Position numbers and translations under genes: made by a program | In this document: piece after piece, positions 14,135 through 23,879 of the stretch | How the letters are laid out: each line of letters opens with the position of its first letter | How positions within the stretch are numbered: position 1 is the first letter of the stretch | Notes under the pieces: model-generated | What the model was told of the DNA's origin: nothing | What the model saw: only the letters and a program-made list of their open reading frames with translations | The model's database searches: none | From: Prorocentrum cordatum | Taxonomy: Eukaryota | Length of the DNA stretch: 64,000 bases | Direction of reading: 5' to 3' | Assembly (NCBI GenBank): GCA_963575745.1 | Contig: CAUYUJ010000002.1 | Span: 496,001-560,000 of the forward strand

Positions 14135-14500
14135 CAGATCTCCGACGGCACCGTGGGAGACGGTTTCCGTTGGGGGAGAGCATGCTGCTTCGCATGAGTC
14201 TGATGCCAACGAATGGGGGATGAATTGGATCCGCCAGTGGACCAGTTCTGTGTACTGACGCAGAAGCTGTGCTGTTTTTTTTGGGTCGTGGGCCAGCTCA
14301 TGACCTAGACGGCGATGCCCCCGGTTCTCGGGCCCGCCCGCCCTTCCCTTGTGTTCGGGGCGCGAGTCAAAGGGTGGACACGGGGAGGCGGCGAGGGCTG
14401 CAGAAAAGGGGCCCTTCAGGGCCCCTAAAGGAGCCCTTCAGGGCCCAGAAGGGGGCCGTTATGGCCCGAAAAGGGCACCTGTCTTCCCCCCCCCTCCATT

Positions 14501-14649
14501 TACGTCGGGCATGTCCCTCTACGGGGGCTACTCAAAAATAGTCAATAAATAGTCTGGGAACGATTGTTTGATTTGCTTTGCTATTTTGGAATATTGTCGC
14601 CTATGAATTTTCGCTCAAAATCCGCCTGTAGGGGGACATGCCCGACCTA
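14501..14649. mobile_element. MITE family B (TIR about GGTCGGGCATGTCCCCCTAC, TA-flanked, AT-rich interior); other copies at about 48154-48319, 53226-53381 and a split copy at 53571-54584
   Basis: ta-cgtcgggcatgtccctctac ... gtagggggacatgcccgacc-ta. The internal caaaatccgcctgtag and aaatagtctggg motifs are shared between copies. Confidence 0.8.
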
Positions 14650-17157
14650 ATCCTCCCTTCCTCGCCCCCCATCAGTTCGTGCCCAACCCTGGATAACATG
14701 ACCATGTCGGCTGCGCAGGTCGGAAGGGGGTACGCAGTGCTGGTGCGGGTGGGCAGACGTGGAGCTGCCCGAAGCGAAAAGGTTGGGTCATCGGCAGCCC
14801 CCCCCCCAACACACACTGGGTGAACCGGGCCAACCAACGCCGAAGAATAACAGACTATATCGTGCGACCCGTCCACTAGCGGCGTCTTCCTTCGATTCCA
14901 GCTTTTGGGGCCCTCCTCCCCCTCCTCCCCTTTCTCCTCCTCCCCCTCCTCCTCCTCCTCCTCCTCCTCCTCCTCAGTCTGCTCCTCTCCTCAGTCTCCT
15001 CCTCAGTCCTCCTCCTCCTCCTCCTCCTCCTCCTCCTCCTCTCCTCCTCCTCCTCCTCCTCCTCCTCCTCCTCCTCCTCCTCCTCCTCCTCCTCCTCCTC
15101 CTCCTCCTCCCCCTCCCCCCCCTTCTCCTTCTCCTCCTGCTCCTCCTCCTCCTTCCCGGGCCTTGGGGGCATCAAGAGCGGATGTCGTACGAGAGGGGCT
15201 CCTTGGGGAGGTTGGCGGGGGCTGGGGGGGGGCAGCGCCTCGAGCAGGCGCACAGCGCCGGACGTCTGACGACGTCTGCCTGGTCCTCTTTGGTCTGGTT
15301 CACCTTAAATCTGCCCAGGGCGTTTTTTTCCCAACCATCCTGTGGTGTTGGGTCCTCGTTTTGAAGAGACAGCGCCCCGCGTTCCCTTGCGCGCCAGGGG
15401 CAGCGCCAGAGGCGCCGCCAGGCGGGGGTCCAGCGCGAATCCGAGAAATCCGCGCGGACCTCCGAGTTTTTATGTCTATGTCACTCCTCGTTCCCCTGTC
15501 TGAGCAGGCGGCACGAGGGTCAGGCGCGACCCTAGCTTTGGAGGGGCATCCTGAGGTTCCCTGCATTGGTCTTCCCACCTTGGAGTGTTTTTGTTAATGT
15601 ATCTCTGCAGTGGAGGCCCGTGCCAAGAAGCACCCTGCTTGCCTCCAGGGTGCCCTGGGTTTCTTGGGTTTCTATGGTTTTGCTGTGCGACGTTCCACAC
15701 CAAAATCAATGGACGTCCGGGGGTCTCAGGGTTGGGTTTCTTGTGGAAGGTTTTTTGTGGACTGGCCTCTACTGTATATCAGGGCGCAAGCTAAGCAATG
15801 GTCTGGCGAGGTCCTGGAAGGTTGTCCTCGTGATTCCGTTTTCCAGCAAAGGCGTAACGAAGACATAATGGGGGAAAGCCTTAGAACAAGGAGAACGGAA
15901 CTCTCTATTTTGCTCGAGCCTTGATCTCTACGGGGCATCGTTTCTTCCTCGGAGGGTTTCTTGACCCACCTTCTTTGTGTGGCCATGTGCCGACCGTGTC
16001 TCCTTTGCGTCCCGTTCTAACGTGGCTGCGTTCGGTCTGTCGGTGCCGGCCGGGTGCGGTCTCGCTGTCGCTTCCTCGGCTAGCTTCTGGCTCCGCTGCC
16101 GCCGCGGGCGGCTTGCGGGCCCCCCGAGGGTCTTGCGCCGCCCTTGGCCTTCAGGCTCTCGGGGCCCATCCGGAGGGGACGGGAGTGCGGCTGGCACTGG
16201 GCAGATGGCGTGCGATGTGGCGCCGCAGGGCCGCGGCTGCGGCCTGCCTTCCCTGTGAGCGCCTGCTGGGAGGCTTTTTAGTCGAATGTGGGTGCGGCTC
16301 ATCATCGGCGGCGCGCCCAGGGAGAAGGCAGGGGGGCCGTTCCTTCTCGGGAGGCTCAGAAGGCCTCCGGCTTTCTGAGAAGCTTCCCAGGTCCCAGGCC
16401 CTCTCCGAAGGCGTGCGGTCGGATCCAGTAAGATGGCGCGCGATGTGGCGCCACCGGTCCGCCTATGACCCGCTATCCCCCACCTTGAGGATAGCATACT
16501 CAGACAAGGCCCTGGCATGGGGATAGCGTGCACAGGAGGCGCCCTCGCGGGGGGAGTCGCCGCACAGGGTAACGTGCTTTTTGGAGATCTATGTTTCACG
16601 CTATATTTCCAACGCCAGCCGAATCAGCGACACCTTGACCCGTCAGCGTGCTGCTGGAAGGAAGGAGTGATGCGGGCAAGCGCCAAAGTAAGCAAAGATT
16701 TGAAGGGGGGGGACGTTGAGCCTCTGGTTTCCCTGGCCACGTGGACCCCGCAATCGCGAGCCAAAGAGCGCGGCCCACGGAGGGCGTGCAATGCGGCTCG
16801 GTCCCCGGGCCAACCTGGAGGCGGGGGTGGCAATTCGTTTGACAAGGCACCCCCTGGCGACCCAAGAACATCTGGCGGCGGGGTTGGGGGGAGGGTCGGG
16901 GGGGGGGCGATGTTTACAACAACGTATTCGGCCCCCAGATGTTATCCGTGTTCCCCACACAGTGCGAAGTGCCCCCACCAGGGCAGGGGGGGGTACTGTT
17001 TCAGCCTGGTGCCTCCTGAGCAGTACCTCGCCGATGGATTCCCTGCGATGGCGTGTCGTTGATCCTGTGCTTCTTCTCTTTCACCTCCCAGGCCTGGGGG
17101 GGGGCGTCGAACGACGACTCGGGATGAAAGATCGGGCCTCGGGGAAAGTCAGGCGAT

Positions 17158-17332
17158 CGCAAACATGGATGAAGGGGGCGTGGATTTGCGACGGGTCCCG
17201 TTTCCATGGGAAATCGCGGATTGCCGCCGCCGAACGAGGCGGCAGCGGCCGCATTTTGGGGAGGGCACCTCCCCCGATCCATGGATTTGACGACCGCGCG
17301 CCAAATCCATGGACCGCTAATCCATGTTTGCG
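17158..17332. mobile_element. MITE-like inverted-repeat element
   Basis: cgcaaacatggatgaagggggcgtggatttg / caaatccatggaccgctaatccatgtttgcg. Confidence 0.6.
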
Positions 17333-17726
17333 CGTCCCCAAGAAAGCCGCGGGCCAGGGGCAGGGGTCAGAGGAGGGGCATCCATTCCTGGCACCGCTGC
17401 CAGTCCTGGAGCTCCCTCTCCCCCACAACTAAATTCTCCTCGGGGTCTTGGCCAGAACGCACCCCAGGAGAGGTCCAGGCGTGGTATGGGTAGCTTTTGC
17501 CCCCCCCCCCACCCACACCCACCCCTGGGGGCTAGTTTGGGTGAGGGGACAGGGTCGAGGAAAGGCAGGGGCTTGCAGAGGTGGCTTCTCTTCCCCCGTG
17601 GCTTCCTCATCCCGTCTCTCTTTTCCTCCCCGCCACCATCCCGCTTCCTCTCGTCGTCCTCGGCGTCGTCATCGCCGTCGTCCTCCTCGTCCACCCCCCT
17701 CTTCTCTGGCAGCCAGCTGTCAGCAG

Positions 17727-17807
17727 GAGCGCAGGAAGCTCACCATTGTGGGCTGCTTCGCCGCTCTCTGGCTGTTCGTCTTCGGGAGAGAGGTCGTCAA
17801 GTTCCAG
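17727..17807 (+). CDS. Exon A of a putative multi-pass membrane protein gene (ERRKLTIVGCFAALWLFVFGREVVKFQ)
   Basis: CAG|G acceptor, CAG|GC donor, 81 nt in phase 0-0, GC3-rich codons and a hydrophobic helix. Confidence 0.6.
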
Positions 17808-18069
17808 GCCGCGCAGGAGCAGCGAGGAGAAGGACGAGGAGGAGCAGCAGGAGCAGGATCGGCAGCAGGAGACAAGGGGAGGAAGATCATGCGGGCGGGG
17901 CCGGGGGAGTGAAGAGAATGCGGGCGGGGTGGGGGGAAGGAGGGGGATGAGGAGCCTCGGGGAGGAGCACGAAGACGAGGAGGAACGGGGGAGCAGGAGG
18001 AGCAGGAGGAGGAGGAGGAAGAGGGGTAGGAGGACAAAGAGGCGGCGGAGGAGAAGGATCGAGTTCCAG

Positions 18070-18162
18070 GCTGCACTGGAGCAGGGGCCGCTGGCGACGC
18101 AGCAGTTCGTCGGCGTCTTCTCCCTGAAGTTCGCGATAGGCCTGGCGCTCACCGCCGTGCAG
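18070..18162 (+). CDS. Exon B (AALEQGPLATQQFVGVFSLKFAIGLALTAVQ)
   Basis: CAG|G acceptor, CAG|GC donor, 93 nt in phase 0-0, in frame with exon A, high GC3. Confidence 0.68.
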
Positions 18163-18914
18163 GCAGGCCCTGCGCTCCCACTGCCGCCACCGTGCGGCCT
18201 CTCCTCCTCCTCCTCCTCCTCCTCCTCCTCCTCCTCCTCCTCCTCCTCCTCTCCTGTCTCAGGCTTCCATCCCCTCCTCCCTCCGGCTTTCCTGCTCCCC
18301 TCCTTTCTCATCTCCTCCTCCCCTCCTCGCCGTCCTCTCCCTCCTCGCCTCCTCTTCCCTCCCGCTTCCTCCCTCCTTCCGTCCTCTTCCCTTCTCTTCT
18401 GTCCGCATCCCTTCTTCGCGCTTGTTCTTGGTGTGTTTCTTCTTTGCCCGTATACCCTGCGGGGGTTGTGGCGCTCGTTGTGGGGCGTTCACGGCCTCGA
18501 GGGGCCTGTGACCAAATGACTAGTCCAATGGGCAGTCCCTCCTGTTTCTTCCTCCTTCGTCTCCTCCTCCTCTCCATCCTGCTCCTGATCGTGGCGTAGA
18601 CTCAATGCAGTCATTGCCTGCACCCCCGCTTTCTGTCTGGATCCATCCGCTGGTTAGAGTGGGGGCGCGTTCCCCACCCAGGTCCCAACATACCAAACCA
18701 GATCCTTCTCGCTCCTCGTGCCCTTCCCTCCCGCCTATTCGTCCTCCTCCCTGGCCAGCCCAAGTTTTCTGAAGCAGCAGCCCTTGACAGGCAGAGTCAC
18801 CGATATACCCTTTTCACGCATGCCTGCACCTCGGTAAGAAGCCCTCCTCGTCCTCCCGCCTCCCCTCTCGCCCCGCTTCACGCCGCCGCGCTTCCTGGCA
18901 GACCTGTCCGGCAG

Positions 18915-19012
18915 GTGTATGCCATCAACGCGTTCCCTGGTCCCTCCAGGGACGGCGACGGCCCGCCCACCTGGGAGGAGCTGTGGGACTCCTCGAGCGA
19001 CTACTGGACGAG
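18915..19012 (+). CDS. Exon C (VYAINAFPGPSRDGDGPPTWEELWDSSSDYWT-R)
   Basis: CAG|G acceptor, GAG|GC donor, 98 nt in phase 0-2, high GC3. Confidence 0.68.
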
Positions 19013-19584
19013 GCTTGGGAGACCCCCTCGTCACACCAGGCAGTCCGATCCCCGCCACATCGGTCTTCCTGTCCTCCTCCCCTCGTCCCTCCCACCCTCC
19101 CCTCCCGGATCCTCCAACATCCTGCCTCGTTTCTTATCCCTCCCTGTGACTCTCGCCCTGCCCCCCCCCCCTCCTCCCTCTTGGCTCCATCCTGCGTCCT
19201 CCCTCCCTCCTCTCCCTGCATTCCCTCCTTGCTCCCTTCTCCCTTCCCCCCTTTCCTACCCCATCCGCCCCTCCCTTCCTCCGTCACTCCCTCATGAATC
19301 CTCCCCCTTGTGCAACTTGGGCACTATTCTTCCCTTTCTCACTGACTCCCCCTCTTCCCTTCTCCTCTCCCACGCCCCCACCTGGAAGATGGCCGGAAAC
19401 CAGGCGAGGATCTGACCCGTGGTCTTGACAAGGGAGTCTTGAAGGCCGGTCGCCCTTCCTCCCCAGGTGGTTCTGCTCGCAGTCGTCGGGTACCTCATGC
19501 TCCTTCCCTCATCTCTGCTTACTTTTCCGTATCCCTTCTGCGACCTCCTCTTCTTCCTCTTCCGTTGCCTTTTTGATCACTCTC

Positions 19585-19648
19585 ATCATGACCATTCACC
19601 ATCATCATCAGCATCAGCATCATCATCACCATCATCATGACCAGCACT

Positions 19649-19703
<55 letters not shown>

Positions 19704-20285
19704 GGATCATCATCGTCATAAGCAGCATAACCACCATTGTTAACATCCTCATCGTCGTCGTCACCATCTTACATCAGCAGCGTTGTCGGCATCGTCATCA
19801 TCAGCAGCATCATCACCATCGCCCTCATCATCATCAGCATCATCCTCCTCATCATCATCATCATCATCAGCATCGTCATCATCATCATCACCAAGAGCAC
19901 CATCATCATCACCATCAGTGTCATCGGCATCATCATCACGCTCGTCATCATACTCGTCATCAGCATCAGCATCATCGTCGTCACCAGCACCGTCATCATT
20001 GTCACCATCATGAGAATGAGCATCATCGTCATAATCAGCATCACCATCACCAGTATCAGCTCCACCACCATCAGCATCATTATCAACAGCATCATCATCG
20101 TTCGCAGTACCACCATAACCGTCAGCACCATCATCCGCACCATCACCATCGCCATCATAGTTAATTGCATTACCTCCATCAGTATCATCGTCAGTTATCA
20201 TCATACTCAACATCACCATATCCATCAACACCATCATCCTCGTCAGCATCAGCACCATCGTCATCGTCACCACCATCGCCATCCG

Positions 20286-20335
<50 letters not shown>

Positions 20336-20660
20336 CCCTCACCATCACCATAACGAGCGTCGTCATCACCAGCATCGTCATTCGCATCCTCATCACCATC
20401 ACCATCACCACCACCATCATCATGATGTTCGTCATCATGATTCAATCGTCACTATTCGCATCACCGTACTGAGCACCATCAGCAGCAGCAACAGCATCAT
20501 CATCACCACCATCATCATTCGCATCCTCATCATCATCATCATCAATCACAATACCACCATCATAAGCAGCATCATCATCAGCAGCATCATGATCGTCATC
20601 GGCATCATCATCATCAGCATCATCATCAGCATCAGCATCAGTATCATCATCAGTATCATC
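19585..20660. repeat. Degenerate (CAT)n array inside a putative intron
   Basis: Seen directly. Confidence 0.95.
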
Positions 20661-20880
20661 CCCCTTGCCCCTCTCATCTCCATCCCTCCTCGCTCTTCCT
20701 TCATCTTCCTGAAACATGCCTCGAAAGGCCGAGTCGTCTTGCTTGAATCCTCCTCCATACCTCCGCCACCTTCTCCTCCACCCTCCCTCCCGCCTCACCG
20801 TCCTCACTCCTCCCCCCTATGCTCCCTCCCTCCTCCTGCTGCTGCTCCTCCTCCTCTTCCTCCGCCCTCCTCTTGCGCAG

Positions 20881-20968
20881 GTACGCTGCCACGCTTTTCG
20901 CCGCATACGGCCTGCTCGACGCGGGCACGCAGGCCATCAAGGGCGCCGCGCTCGACGGCCTGCCCGAG
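20881..20968 (+). CDS. Exon D (YAATLFAAYGLLDAGTQAIKGAALDGLPE)
   Basis: Pyrimidine tract plus CAG|G acceptor and GAG|GT donor; 88 nt in phase 2-0, which exactly complements exon C. Confidence 0.68.
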
Positions 20969-21889
20969 GTACGGCGCCTGGACGCCGCCCCGTAGCGGGC
21001 GTTCGGCGGGCGGGGCGCGCTGCGGCTGCGGCCGCAGAGGGCAGTCGCAAAAGTCCGCCGAGCGCTCGGCGGGCGCCGCGCCTCCACCCACCCTCCCTCC
21101 CTCCTCCCTCCTCCATGTTCGCACCTGTCCTCCTCCCTCCTCCCTCCTCCTCCCTCCCCCTCCCCCCTCTTCCTCCCTCCTCCCGCCTCCATGTCCATTT
21201 TTTTTTGGTCGCAGCTCAGATCCAAACCGGGATGGCCGCCTGAGTGCGCATAGTGCGCCGCCAGCGCCGTCCCAGATCAGTCGGAGGGTGGGGCGCGGAG
21301 GAGGGTGGGAGGGGCGAGGAGGAGGGGGGAGGAGGGGCGAGGGGGAGGGGGGAGGAGGGGGGGAGGAGGGGCGAGGAGGAGGGGGGGAGGACGGGGGAGG
21401 ACCCGCAAGTGAAACGAAAGGGCTTCTCTCCCCGAGGTCCCCGCTCGGCGTGCGCCGCGCCCTCTCCCCCCCGGGGGGTCGGGCCTGGAGGGAGGGGCGA
21501 GGCTATCCGTTGAGCTATTCCTAAGTGCTCATAGACCTCATGGCGCCAACATCGCAGAGGGGATTTCGCTCGGAAAACACTGGGGTGGGCCCGGATTGTC
21601 CTGGTCCCGGATTTCGACGTGAATTTCGTGCTGATTTTGTTGGTCAGGGATGAAGTCTACAAAACATCCACGTGAAATTCACTTCGTTTTTTCGCTCGCC
21701 GTTTCGGGATTGCCAGAAATCCACGCAGACATCCGCTGCAGCACGTCTGCAAGGTCGGTGCAATGATAACCCGCGAGGTCGTCGCTCTCATCTTCCTCAT
21801 CTTGTCGGTGGTCATTTTGGCCTCGACCTGATCTTGCACGCTTTTCGTGCCCTCCCTGGGACCCTTTGTTCGCAAGAGATCTCTCCCAG

Positions 21890-21980
21890 GAAGCCCTCGA
21901 GAGGCCCAATGGATCGGAACTCCTAAAGCAGATCTATGATCTGTTTGTTCTCGCATCTGCGCCTTCGATGCGCTTCCGAG
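21890..21980 (+). CDS. Exon E (EALERPNGSELLKQIYDLFVLASAPSMRFR)
   Basis: CAG|G acceptor, GAG|GC donor, and a phase-0 start compatible with exon D. Confidence 0.5.
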
Positions 21981-23588
21981 GCTTGCGCACGATCCCCACG
22001 AGAGCTACAAGGTGCCTCTCAGAGACGCCCCAAGCGGCCCCCAGAGGACCCCAAGGAGGGTAACAAGGCGCTCGAGGAGGCACCCTGGAGGCGCCAGAGA
22101 GGCTCCCGGGAGGCTCTGAGAAGTCCCCAGGAGCCGCCCGAGATACCCCCACGGGCGCCCAGAACCACAGAGAGCGCCCAGAGACGCCAATGAATCCCCC
22201 AAGAGGCCCCCCAGAGGCCCTACGAGATCCCACGAGACGCCCGCAACAGGCTCCAGGAATGTTTTGAAGACACCCCACAGCCGCCTCCAGGAGACTGCCA
22301 CGAGATTTCCTCTCCTCATCGCTCCCTCCTCTCTGATCCCTCTCTCCTCCTCCTCCCTTTTCCCCGTTGTGTTCCTTTCCCTCCTCCCTCTACCTCATCT
22401 GTGTTTTACTCCATCCTACCTCTGCCTATCTCATCCAGCTTCCTGCCTCACGGAGTGATAGGAGGCCCAATTTGAAACGAATATTTGAATCACACATGTT
22501 TACGTTATCCCCCCACCCCAGGAGATCGTTTTCGCCTCTCCCATCCCTCGCTGTCCGCTCCCACTGATCTCTCGCCTGCTTCCCGTTTCACAGCATTATC
22601 CTACTTCTCCCCTTCTGGGTTTTGAAAACACCCCAGAAACGACCCTGGGAGATTGCCACGAGATCTCGTCTCTCCTCATTCCTCTCTCCTTCCTGATCTC
22701 TCTTCTGCTCCCTTTCCCTGTTTTTCTAAGTTCGTGCCTAGCGTTGGCCTAGTCGTGCCTAGCGTTGGCGTGCCAAAGACTTCGTTTCCAGCTCCACCAT
22801 CCCTCGCCCTCCAGTCTTCATTGACCTTCTCTCCATATGTCTACATATGTATATGTGTATGTAAATATCTCATCTGTGTGGTCCTCGTCCTCCTCCTCCT
22901 CCTCCCGTTCCACATCCCCCTCCCTTTTCTCCCCCTCCCCTTCTCCTCGCCCTCGACGCCGCCGCCGCCGCGGTCCCCGCAGTGTTTCTGGTACGCATAA
23001 GTGCTCTTTACCTTCCCGGATCCCAAACCGCCGAAGATTGGCCCAGATGACCCCGACCTCGCCCCACGATTCCCAAGCCATATTCCCCCGTTGGCCCGAA
23101 GACGGTTGCACAAAGTCCCAGACAGCTAACGAAGCGCCCACGGCTACCCTGGAGGCATGCAAGATCGTGCAGCCGAACGCAGGGTCCTGCCGCGGGCTCC
23201 ACCGATGCTTCATTGTTTGTGTTAATTCAAGAGGTTCCGCTGGTACTTCGTCTAGAATTCGAGCGCGCGCGAAGGGGGAGAAGGAAAGAGAGGGAGAGGG
23301 AGAGGGAGACAGAGAGAGGGAGGGAGGGAGAAATAGAGACGGGAAGACAAAGGGAGAGAGAGAGAGAGAGAAAGGGCGAGAGAGAAAGAGATAGGTGTAT
23401 ACGTATCTTGTTCGCCAGAGAGAGAGGGAGACAACGAGAGAGAGAGAGAGAGCGAGAGAGAGAAAGAGAGAGGGAGAGAGAAAGAGAGAGAGGGATTTCT
23501 ACGTATCTCGTTCGCCACATGTATCGTGATTCGCTCCAGCAGTCCTCCTGCTTGTCTTCACTTGCGTGTGCGGCCGTGGCTCCCCCAG

Positions 23589-23836
23589 GGCTTGGGCTTC
23601 CAGTGCCAGCCCGAAGACGTGGCCCTGCGGGACTTTTTCGACTTCAGGAGGGGACGCGGGGCTCACCCACTTCTTGCTGCTTCGCCACGCCCGCCTCCGT
23701 CCTCCCTTCCCCACGTTCCTTCGTCCTCCCTCTCATCTCCCAAGTCTTTTTTCTTCCTCCTCCTCCTGCTCCTCCTCCTCCTCCTCCTAGGTCTTTTGGA
23801 ACACGACTGCTCCATGGTATGTGCTCTTGCGGGAAG
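23589..23836 (+). CDS. Candidate exons F (23589-23647) and G (23791-23836); reading frame ambiguous
   Basis: Junctions are CAG|G...CAG|GA and TAG|G...AAG|GC. An open frame exists from exon E (GLGLPVPARRRGPAGLFRLQ|VFWNTTAPWYVLLRE), but codon usage favours GLGFQCQPEDVALRDFFDF for exon F. Confidence 0.35.
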
Positions 23837-23879
23837 GCGTGGGTGAAAATGTGCCCGTCGGGAAACTGCTGACACTCCT

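Noticed and set aside
13307..14197. 296-aa ORF
   Set aside because: It reads through a MITE, its composition is typical of GC-rich non-coding DNA, and it has no domain motifs.
22983..23049. Alternative micro-exon or terminal exon after exon E
   Set aside because: The frame is compatible, but the acceptor lacks the local AG|G pattern and cannot be distinguished from chance.
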